Shown piece by piece: positions 8,170 to 16,206 of a stretch of DNA of 64,000 nt; within the stretch, counting starts at the first letter, position 1; every line of letters begins with the position of its first letter. The stretch comes from a virus (taxonomy: Duplodnaviria > Caudoviricetes). Below the pieces are notes generated by a model. It worked only from the letters and a program-made list of their open reading frames with translations, did not search any database and was not told where the DNA came from. The stretch spans positions 1 through 64,000 of IMG/VR virus record IMGVR_UViG_2700988920_000001; one strand, 5' to 3'. The position numbers and the translations under genes were made by a program.

Positions 8170-9336
8170 ATGTTTCTAAAACAATTCATCGCATACCGCT
8201 TCTCTCGTGAACTAGAGCTAAATCTAACCCAACTTGAACAGCAACTTAAAGAGTTCATGTTTGTCCCTTGTGGCTCTCAAGACAAACAAAAGTTTGGCTG
8301 GGTAGAACCTACTGGCGCACTAGGCGGTGACGCTTTTGTTCACTCCGCTGACGGCAACATCCTTCTTACTGCTAAGAAGCAGATCAAGTTGATGCCTAGC
8401 GACACTATCAACCAGAAACTTAACGAAAAAGTTAAGAAGATCGAAGAAGTGGAAGGCCGTCCACTTAAGAAAAAAGAGAAAGACAATATCAAAGATGAAA
8501 TCATCCAAGATATGTTGCCTCAAGCGTTTACTCGCGACTCTTACGCTAACGTACTGATCTTAACTTCGCTAAACATGATCTTGGTTGACGTTTCAAGCCA
8601 CACAAAAGCAGAAGAAGTCCTCTCTCTTCTACGCAAAACAATGGGCTCGCTTCCGGTTGTTCCTGCGATTGGCGCTAGCGCATTCGAAACGTTGGTCACT
8701 GGCTGGATTAAAGAAGGCGCTTCCCCTGCTCGATTCAGTATGCTTGACGAAGTTGTACTTAAATCAGTCACTTCTGATGGTGGTACCGCTAAGCTTGCAC
8801 ACCAAGACCTAGCATCCGAAGAAGTGAAACAACACCTTGAAGCGGGCAAAGTTGCGACTAAGTGTGCATTTGACTGGCAAGGTCGTATGAAGTACTTGAT
8901 GTCTGACGCGTTTGTCGTGTCTAAGATCAAGTGGGCGGACGAGCTTAAAGACCAAAACGACGACATCCCTCGCGAAGAGCAACTAGCTCGATTCGACGCT
9001 GACTTCGCTCTGGCTTGTGGTGAGCTTCGTGTGTTCTTGGTTGAGATGTTCGACTCTTTCGGCGGCTTCCCTAAAGAAGCAGAACAGAAAGACGGTAAAG
9101 CTGACTTCGAAGAGATGTGTACTCACATCGAACTTCTAGAAGAAGCTCGTGATTACGTTGTTAAGTCTAATCGCGCTACGGTTACAGGTCTTCAACGTCA
9201 GTTCAAGATCGGCTACAACCAGGCTTACCGCATCATGGAAGCGCTTGAGAAATGCTGGATTGTTTCTGAGCCTAAGCAGAATGGTGGTCGTGAGATTTTG
9301 GTTTCAGACCAAAAAGGTGAAAGCAATGAAAATTAA
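8170..9336 (+). CDS. rdgC: RdgC recombination-associated protein with C-terminal FtsK-gamma domain
   Basis: PCGSQDKQKFGWV, PQAFTR, MGSLPVVP, ARFDADF; C-terminal LQRQFKIGYNQAYRIMEALE..IVS...GGREIL. Confidence 0.88.
   Translation: MFLKQFIAYRFSRELELNLTQLEQQLKEFMFVPCGSQDKQKFGWVEPTGALGGDAFVHSADGNILLTAKKQIKLMPSDTINQKLNEKVKKIEEVEGRPLKKKEKDNIKDEIIQDMLPQAFTRDSYANVLILTSLNMILVDVSSHTKAEEVLSLLRKTMGSLPVVPAIGASAFETLVTGWIKEGASPARFSMLDEVVLKSVTSDGGTAKLAHQDLASEEVKQHLEAGKVATKCAFDWQGRMKYLMSDAFVVSKIKWADELKDQNDDIPREEQLARFDADFALACGELRVFLVEMFDSFGGFPKEAEQKDGKADFEEMCTHIELLEEARDYVVKSNRATVTGLQRQFKIGYNQAYRIMEALEKCWIVSEPKQNGGREILVSDQKGESNEN
9298..9312. promoter_or_regulatory. palindrome, one-mismatch copy
   Basis: TTGGTTTCAGACCAA, 13 nt before ATG 9326. 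Confidence 0.65.
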
Positions 9337-9862
9337 TAAGATTGATCTAAGTGACTCTATCATACTAGACACGGAAACAACCGGGTTAGATTCAAAAGCC
9401 CGTATTGTAGAGATCGCGCTAATATGTGGTGCAACGGGTAAAGTTCTGTATGAGTCTCTGGTAAACCCTATGTGCAAAATACCGTACCATGCAGGGAAAG
9501 TTCACGGTATAACTGACGCAGAAGTATCCGACGCGCCTACTTTTGATAAAGTCTGGGACGAAATAAAGGGTCTGTTCGAAGGTAAGGTAACTGTGATTTA
9601 TAACTCAGATTACGACTACCGACTGATTGAACAGTCTCTAAGCGACTTCGATTACCCTGTCAAAAACTTGGTTCACTTCATTCGTCCGGTTTGCGCTATG
9701 AAGTGGTACTCAAAGTTTTATGGGTCAGGCCGCTGGCAGGGCCTATCAAAAGCCTGCGAACAGCAAGATGTAAACGCGTCAGACCTTAAAGCTCACCGAG
9801 CTGCCGCTGACTGTGAAATGACTCGACGCCTGATTAACGCTGTAAACCTAAAAATAATCTAA
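9326..9862 (+). CDS. DEDDh 3'-5' exonuclease (DnaQ-like)
   Basis: ILDTETTGL, YNSDYD, AHRAAADC. Confidence 0.9.
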   Translation: MKINKIDLSDSIILDTETTGLDSKARIVEIALICGATGKVLYESLVNPMCKIPYHAGKVHGITDAEVSDAPTFDKVWDEIKGLFEGKVTVIYNSDYDYRLIEQSLSDFDYPVKNLVHFIRPVCAMKWYSKFYGSGRWQGLSKACEQQDVNASDLKAHRAAADCEMTRRLINAVNLKII

Positions 9863-9867
9863 ACTAT

Positions 9868-9894
9868 AAAGGCCGATCATGTGATCGGCCTTTT
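9868..9894 (+). terminator. intrinsic terminator
   Basis: AAAGGCCGATCA-tg-TGATCGGCCTTTT. Confidence 0.75.
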
Positions 9895-9958
9895 GCATTT
9901 CTGCAATTTCATACCAAACTTAACAGGAGATTCTTAACAGCTAGGGGGGAAGCATGTT

Positions 9959-10321
9959 ATGTCAGAATTTCCGCGACGTTACGTCATATCAGGCGAAACG
10001 AAGATAGGCAAAGTCTACTCAGTAGACGGCAAAATGTCGACAGCCTACAACGAGCTCTATTTCCACATCCAATTCTTTTCTGACGAAGCGATGACTCAAG
10101 AAGTCAGACCTTCCGCCGGGACGATAGAAATTCAAACCAGCCCAGACGGCTCAAACTTCTATAACCTGGACGTTGGTGGCAGTATCAGTCTTGCCAGTAT
10201 GTATGACCCAACCTTCACGCTCACTTCAGCCCAAGGGCCTACCGCAGACCTGCGTCTTGAGTTTCTTGGCGTAGATGTTGCTTCAGCTCCTTACTTTAAA
10301 GCTTGCGTAGAGAGGTACTGA
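9959..10321 (+). CDS. hypothetical beta-rich protein (fibre cassette)
   Basis: ORF after terminator, first of three coupled genes. Confidence 0.65.
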   Translation: MSEFPRRYVISGETKIGKVYSVDGKMSTAYNELYFHIQFFSDEAMTQEVRPSAGTIEIQTSPDGSNFYNLDVGGSISLASMYDPTFTLTSAQGPTADLRLEFLGVDVASAPYFKACVERY

Positions 10322-10323
10322 CC

Positions 10324-11514
10324 ATGGGATACCCACCAGTAGGTAAGGGAAGAGGCGGTACAGCGCCAGCAGGAAGAGGACAGCCTGGGCCTCCAGGCCA
10401 TGACGGCATCACTCCACGAATAGGGTCGAACGGTCACTGGTTCATTGGCAATACCGATACAGGCGTAAGCGCTAAAGGAGACACGGACGACAGGGCAATA
10501 ATCTCCGTATCTCAGACAGGAAACACGCTTACGTTTACGCACGGAGACGGAGCCAAACACACGGTTTCGTTCACTCCAGGGTCTGATATTGACCCAACAC
10601 AATTAAAATCAGAGATAGAGCGTACCGAGCTTGTCATGGCGCAGGACGGCAAAGACATAGTCGCGCTCAAGAAAAGCTTGGGAGACTTGACTCACCACGT
10701 AGACAGCCTAACTGGGGTATATAGTTACCGAGGACAGACGCCTCCGACCAGTTACCCTGCAGATCTAAAGTCTGCTTACTTCATCAACCTGCACAACAGT
10801 AACGGTCCTCAGACTATGTATATCCCTGATGAACAGAGCTTAGGCAATGACGGCACAGTTCTGTTCATAAATAACGAAAACGACACAGCACCAATCAACG
10901 TAAACTCTTACCCTGGTATAGCACTAGACAACGCCTCTAACGCCATAGTCGGACCTCTCCAATTCCATATGTGGGTTAAACACGGCAATGACTGGATTAC
11001 GGCGGCCACGGGTTACATACCCTCTAGCTTAGACGATGTGATCCATCGAGTGGCCGCCACCATGACAGGGCAACTTCACACCAAAAATCAGATAGTAGAC
11101 ATAGACAACCAATGGCTTGCTAACCCTACTACTCAATCGACGCTAGATAAAATCATGACTCAACTTGGTTACACAAAGGGCAGCGGTGGCGGAACTCAAC
11201 CTCACCCGTCAACCGTAAAAGTGCACTACGGTACATCAGACGGCTATCCGGCCGACTTCACTGGCGAAGTCGGCGAGTTTGCTCCTCACCAAAATCTAGT
11301 AGTCAACCATCTTGACCAAAACCCTAAGCATGTGTGGATAGCTGTTCCAGCATCTATGAAGTCTAAAGTAGTCGGTGTAGTAGCTAACAACGGCATGCCT
11401 GCGCAGTGGGGAAGCCAAGACATTAGTGTTAAAGGCGAACAGTGGACTGTGTTTTTAAGTCCTACGCCTCTAGCAGACGACCATATCTCTTTCAGCATTA
11501 AGTGGAGTGTATAA
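10324..11514 (+). CDS. putative virion fibre/decoration protein with short collagen-like motif
   Basis: GRGQPGPPGHDGITPRIGSNGHWFIGNTDTGV motif, then coiled coil and beta-rich domains. Confidence 0.55.
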   Translation: MGYPPVGKGRGGTAPAGRGQPGPPGHDGITPRIGSNGHWFIGNTDTGVSAKGDTDDRAIISVSQTGNTLTFTHGDGAKHTVSFTPGSDIDPTQLKSEIERTELVMAQDGKDIVALKKSLGDLTHHVDSLTGVYSYRGQTPPTSYPADLKSAYFINLHNSNGPQTMYIPDEQSLGNDGTVLFINNENDTAPINVNSYPGIALDNASNAIVGPLQFHMWVKHGNDWITAATGYIPSSLDDVIHRVAATMTGQLHTKNQIVDIDNQWLANPTTQSTLDKIMTQLGYTKGSGGGTQPHPSTVKVHYGTSDGYPADFTGEVGEFAPHQNLVVNHLDQNPKHVWIAVPASMKSKVVGVVANNGMPAQWGSQDISVKGEQWTVFLSPTPLADDHISFSIKWSV

Positions 11515-11515
11515 G

Positions 11516-13828
11516 ATGACTCAACGTACAGGCATTACAGAAATTACTGCACCAGTGGCTGCTGGTAGCCCAGATACTCCGCTGGCTGTACACTTCAACA
11601 ATGAGCAGCAGGGCGGGTTGAAGCTGTTTAACACGGAAGCCGAGATGCAGGGATTTAAGGTCAAGTTCAAATCTCGGCTGTTTGGCTCTGTCGCCATTGT
11701 CCCTGCTGACACTGGCGATCAGTTTTCTGTATATCGTTGGAACGGTACACAGACAGACGGCAGCGACGGTGATTGGGTTGAGATGAGTGCTGAAGGTTTC
11801 GACGGTATGACGTTCGTCAACGCTGACGGAAGCAGTACCACAGGCATTCAGATGTTGGCGTTAAGCGGAATCACTTTGGAAGGTAATGAGAAAGACGGCT
11901 TCACGCTAAAAGTTTCTGGTGGAGCTGGAGGAGGCGTCACCTTTGAAGAGCGCGTAAACTACGCGCAGTATGACAACATTAAGCGAGTTTTAGTAGGTCC
12001 ATACCTAGAGCTTAACGCCCTAAGAGACAAGCAGGGCGGACCCGCAACTGGGGTAGAGATAGGGGTAAAGCCGGACACTTTCGAGCTTAGGAAGACTCCT
12101 GGATTTTTGTCCTACGTCCAATACCCTGAACTTGTTTACGGCAAGATGAAAGATGGAAACTTCTCGCGCAAAGGGGCTATTTGGCCTGAACTGCTTAAGG
12201 TCAGCCCTGAAGGGTTCCTGCAGATAGATAGGGCCAATAAAGCAATAGGTCTACAAGACACCAATCCGCTAGACGATCCTAACGTCAGCGGAGGCAGTAA
12301 ATTTTTAGTTTGGCCATTCGTGTATCTGGAGGGTGTTGCACCTGATGACGGCTACGTAGAACTTCGTTTCGTCAAGAAAGATGACCATTCCATAGCTGAA
12401 GATATCGATGGTCATGCTATGGCAGTAAGACACAATTACAAAGCTGGTGACGTTCTAACGCCTAAACATGAGCCTTTGATGTTTACTCAGGTTATAGCTG
12501 CAAAAGGCGTTACGGAATACCAGCTAGTTATAGTGGACAACTTCGACGAGTATGTGAAGGTGCTTGACTATACTGACGGGCCTAGCGGACTGTGTATTCA
12601 AGAGTTGCGCACTACAGGTAGTTCAAGCGAAGCTCTTATTCGTGCAGAAATTGATACAGGGTTTAGCGTTAGAGTTGATAGCTACTATGTAGGGACATAC
12701 TTAGCCAGCATAAACTACCTAACTTCTATGCAAGAGCCAGCAGTGAAGGTTGACGCAGGTGAGAAGGCCAGCACTGTAGCTGGAATACAGATGCACGCTA
12801 TTACCGACCTCATGTACAGCGTAGAGCAAGGCATGATTAAAGTTAACGACTACAACGGTAACGTATGCGATTTCTATCTAGGTTTAGAGATACCTTCAGA
12901 TCTGTCAAGGGTGTTAGCGGGTGAAGGTTTAGAGGTAGAGTTGTCCCTTCAAGACAAGGATTCAGGCTGGAAGATTGGGTTCTTCTCGTACAAAGGGGAT
13001 ATGGGATCTGTACCCAACATATTTGACAGAAGAGACCAAGGATCTATCGTACTGAACAAAGGTTGGTCAGAGTGGCACTCAGGGTTCATCCCTGAAGACG
13101 CTGTGTCCGGTCTGCATACTGCACAGGAATCGGCCACCGTACCAAAAGATGCTGACTACGTCGTAATAGCTGTGTACCCTGTGTCAGCGCAGTCGCCTAT
13201 AAGCTTCAACTTGAAGGCATTTCACGTAGACGCAGCCAATCCTCACGATGACTACACGATAAATCCTATCCGTATCACTGGGCTACAGCACCTAGACTTC
13301 ATGACAGAGACGGTGAAGCTTGTGCAAGACACTCAAGGGTACGCTAGTCTGCGATACACGATAAATAACGATGATGCAGGTAACCCAATGCCTCTAGGCA
13401 TACCTGAGTCTAAGTTGAAGTTCATGCATTTAGATAAGACTAAGAACATTGTCTCTGGAAGCGGCGCTAAAGGAGGAGAAGGAGCTTTGGTGGCTGACAA
13501 CGAAATAGACGTCACCGTCAGTCAGAAGTGGCAACTGTACAATGAACAGATGTCTGCCTCTACTACAGAATTTTGGCTGATGCTGTACAAAGCAGGCGAC
13601 GGCAGTGTCTCAGAAGTCCCTAACAGTAGAACGACTTTCACGGTAGAGTCTAAACGTCCCGGCGTGGACTACTTCACCACCAACGAAGTGACGATTAATA
13701 TGGAGCCGGGGGATTACATCTATGCTAGGTCTAAGTCTGACAGCGTAGACGGCGCATACACGCAGACAACACAGGAGTCTAAGCCCCTGTGTATCACTTA
13801 CGTCACAGAGAAAGCTTTAGCCCCTTAA
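11516..13828 (+). CDS. large beta-rich putative structural/adhesin protein
   Basis: ~770 aa, Gly linkers, coupled to the preceding gene; start may be 11507. Confidence 0.5.
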   Translation: MTQRTGITEITAPVAAGSPDTPLAVHFNNEQQGGLKLFNTEAEMQGFKVKFKSRLFGSVAIVPADTGDQFSVYRWNGTQTDGSDGDWVEMSAEGFDGMTFVNADGSSTTGIQMLALSGITLEGNEKDGFTLKVSGGAGGGVTFEERVNYAQYDNIKRVLVGPYLELNALRDKQGGPATGVEIGVKPDTFELRKTPGFLSYVQYPELVYGKMKDGNFSRKGAIWPELLKVSPEGFLQIDRANKAIGLQDTNPLDDPNVSGGSKFLVWPFVYLEGVAPDDGYVELRFVKKDDHSIAEDIDGHAMAVRHNYKAGDVLTPKHEPLMFTQVIAAKGVTEYQLVIVDNFDEYVKVLDYTDGPSGLCIQELRTTGSSSEALIRAEIDTGFSVRVDSYYVGTYLASINYLTSMQEPAVKVDAGEKASTVAGIQMHAITDLMYSVEQGMIKVNDYNGNVCDFYLGLEIPSDLSRVLAGEGLEVELSLQDKDSGWKIGFFSYKGDMGSVPNIFDRRDQGSIVLNKGWSEWHSGFIPEDAVSGLHTAQESATVPKDADYVVIAVYPVSAQSPISFNLKAFHVDAANPHDDYTINPIRITGLQHLDFMTETVKLVQDTQGYASLRYTINNDDAGNPMPLGIPESKLKFMHLDKTKNIVSGSGAKGGEGALVADNEIDVTVSQKWQLYNEQMSASTTEFWLMLYKAGDGSVSEVPNSRTTFTVESKRPGVDYFTTNEVTINMEPGDYIYARSKSDSVDGAYTQTTQESKPLCITYVTEKALAP

Positions 13829-13846
13829 CACCAAAATGCTTCTCAA

Positions 13847-13890
13847 AATGCAAATAGAGGTTTGCCGTTGTGCAAGCCTCTATTTGCATT
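13847..13890. terminator. long inverted repeat (terminator/processing site)
   Basis: 14-bp perfect arms AATGCAAATAGAGG / CCTCTATTTGCATT. Confidence 0.6.
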
Positions 13891-13953
13891 AAACAAAATT
13901 ATTGGTATGCGCATTGCTTGTTTTATCGAGGCTAACCAATAGGAGGAACAGCC

Positions 13954-14427
13954 ATGAAATATTTATTAACGATGATCTTGTGTGCGTTTAGTTCGTTAGG
14001 CCTTTCAGCAACCACTGCGGTGTATAACTCGACAACTAACGGCACACTAACTTCGGCGATGAACTCAAACAAGGTAACTGTGGGTGCCTCGTCTGAATCC
14101 GCCACTCAGAATGGCGTTTCAAGCACAAACACCGCCACGGAGAATATGCTTACCGATACAACAACTACGGTAACAGGTGCGTTCTCATCCACACGTAGTG
14201 AAGTGCATTCTGGCGGCCTAGTTGTTGGGTCTTTATCTAATACAGGCAGTAACGCCACAGCCGTAAATGGGACCACAACAGGTACTGTGGTCAACACTTT
14301 TACAGAGACTTACTCTGACTCTAACGGTGCTTACAGCAACTCTAGCACGTCCACCGACTCGTTAAGCGGAACTAACACCTCTGCGTATACCGAGTCTTAC
14401 ACGTATTCAGAGTCTTACGTTAAGTAG
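13954..14427 (+). CDS. exported Ser/Thr/Asn-rich protein
   Basis: AGGAGG RBS; signal peptide; low-complexity beta-alternating sequence. Confidence 0.7.
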   Translation: MKYLLTMILCAFSSLGLSATTAVYNSTTNGTLTSAMNSNKVTVGASSESATQNGVSSTNTATENMLTDTTTTVTGAFSSTRSEVHSGGLVVGSLSNTGSNATAVNGTTTGTVVNTFTETYSDSNGAYSNSSTSTDSLSGTNTSAYTESYTYSESYVK

Positions 14428-14435
14428 GTGACACC

Positions 14436-14864
14436 ATGAAAAGGGCAACCATATTGCTATTGTTGCCTTTCTTTGCTTCAGCAGAGTCGGTAAGCAATAG
14501 CGAATCATCTTCTTACAGCTCAGGTGCCAACATAAACAACCAGACTGTAATTAACGAATCAAGCTCTTACCTGATAGAGGATGTAAGATGCCCAGTACCA
14601 ACGTTAGGTCTGGTAGGCGGCACAAGTCAGGTTACAAGGGGAAGTAAGACAACCCAAAATCACATAGGAGTGGGTCTAACAATACCCCTACTTTCAGGTA
14701 AGTGCGACGAAGCTGTAAGGCTCAAGATCAGAAAAATGGAGTTTGATTTGGCAGACAGAGAAAGACTCCTAACTATTAAAGAACAGTCGCATATAATTAA
14801 GATGCTGGATTCTTGTAATAAACTAGGGATGAGTAAGTATGAATGTAACGAACTTATTGATTAG
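14436..14864 (+). CDS. exported protein with four Cys
   Basis: MKRATILLLLPFFASA|E signal peptide; C-terminal helix. Confidence 0.7.
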   Translation: MKRATILLLLPFFASAESVSNSESSSYSSGANINNQTVINESSSYLIEDVRCPVPTLGLVGGTSQVTRGSKTTQNHIGVGLTIPLLSGKCDEAVRLKIRKMEFDLADRERLLTIKEQSHIIKMLDSCNKLGMSKYECNELID

Positions 14865-15024
14865 CTTACTAGTGCTTACTGGCTGCACGATTAATTTGCA
14901 AATAGACACTGATTACGCTTCGCAAAATGCAAGTGACGGAGCTATATCCGAAACCGTACAAGCAGAAGCGACCACAACACCAACCGTAGACGTCACCGCC
15001 GACATACAAGGAGAAGGACTATGA
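14839..15024 (+). CDS. small lipoprotein
   Basis: lipobox LTG-C at residue 16; overlaps the previous gene. Confidence 0.65.
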   Translation: MNVTNLLISLLVLTGCTINLQIDTDYASQNASDGAISETVQAEATTTPTVDVTADIQGEGL

Positions 15025-15242
15025 CCATACTATCGCCAGACGTCGAAATGGTTATCGACGTGATTCGAGAGATCGATCCAAAGTACAATTTGTCTGAAAA
15101 CTTAATAGGTAACTGCATGCGAGACGCCATTGGCAACTACTCTCAGGCAGCAAGAACCTTGTGTGTAGGGCAGAACGACGACTTCTGCCGTGGCGTGCTT
15201 CTAACGCTCCACCTACACCACATTGGTGCACTCAATAAATAA
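15021..15242 (+). CDS. hypothetical protein
   Basis: AGGA RBS, ATGA overlap. Confidence 0.6.
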   Translation: MTILSPDVEMVIDVIREIDPKYNLSENLIGNCMRDAIGNYSQAARTLCVGQNDDFCRGVLLTLHLHHIGALNK

Positions 15243-15302
15243 TGGTACAGAGTTTGCACCTATGAGATCGGGGATGGGGTTCAGTAGCTGCAAACTTGAT
15301 GT

Positions 15303-15332
15303 TTGGTCTAAGACCAAGTTTAATGGTATAAA
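15303..15332 (+). promoter_or_regulatory. palindrome copy 5 overlapping -35 of a putative extended -10 promoter
   Basis: TTGGTCTAAGACCAA 15303-15317; TGnTATAAA 15324-15332. Confidence 0.7.
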
Positions 15333-15363
15333 TGATTGACTAATCGCATACCGGAGATTGCAA

Positions 15364-15738
15364 ATGGCTACTGAACTTCCGCATCGCTACACGTTAGTTG
15401 TAGCTTTACAAATTGGCTCTCAAGCTGACATGGTTAAAGGCATGGCCGAGTTATCAAAAATTCTGCCTGAACACATCGAAGCTGACGAAAAAGGCTGGAA
15501 AGTTAACAACATCAACCCTGAATTTGTAGACAAAGTGAAGGCTGTCTTCAAAGAAGATAAAGTGAAGCTGACTGAAGACTTCGAGATCAACTTCATGTTC
15601 TATCTTGGCTGGGTTGTTGGTAAACGTATGACTACGCTAGTCTTGAGCCACGAAGAGCCTGAGCACCACTTCAACTCTACGCCTTGGAAGTGGGCTGGAC
15701 ACAAGGTGGCGAAGAATGAAAGTAGCAACGACAGTTAA
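15364..15738 (+). CDS. hypothetical protein
   Basis: GGAG RBS. Confidence 0.7.
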   Translation: MATELPHRYTLVVALQIGSQADMVKGMAELSKILPEHIEADEKGWKVNNINPEFVDKVKAVFKEDKVKLTEDFEINFMFYLGWVVGKRMTTLVLSHEEPEHHFNSTPWKWAGHKVAKNESSNDS

Positions 15739-15808
15739 TCTCATAGCAAGCGTGATGACAGGGTTGTATTTCACTATGTTTATTGTTAGTATTACCTCGT
15801 CCTACTGA
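15716..15808 (+). CDS. 30-aa hydrophobic peptide
   Basis: MKVATTVNLIASVMTGLYFTMFIVSITSSY, AGGTGG upstream. Confidence 0.35.
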   Translation: MKVATTVNLIASVMTGLYFTMFIVSITSSY

Positions 15809-15945
15809 CAGGACTCCTTGTATTTCGCTTGTTTTGAAGCAAGACACTGCGGCTTTTACTTTACCCGGCTTTATGCCGGGTTCTTTTTGTCTTAAATATA
15901 CCTAATGGAGTACAATTGTTTGGCCCTAGCAGGGCTGGAGTTGTT

Positions 15946-16206
15946 ATGTTTGAACGCATTACCATAGCTGGACTGCACAGCAGCCCTAAGACCTTCAAGT
16001 ACGGCACAATCGTGCGAATTCTTAGAAAGAACGGAGCCAAGCCGTTAGACTTATTCAGAGTAGAGAGAGAAATGTACGAGCACGGCCGATCTACTTTTAA
16101 AAAGTTCACGTTAACTGACTCAAGTGTTAAAGTTCTACCTAAGTCCAATCATTCTTCCAGGAGAAAATCATGGCTAAACCTGCCAGTATTAACCTCTCAA
16201 CAGTGA
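15946..16206 (+). CDS. basic hypothetical protein
   Basis: GGAG RBS before ATG 15946. Confidence 0.5.
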   Translation: MFERITIAGLHSSPKTFKYGTIVRILRKNGAKPLDLFRVEREMYEHGRSTFKKFTLTDSSVKVLPKSNHSSRRKSWLNLPVLTSQQ

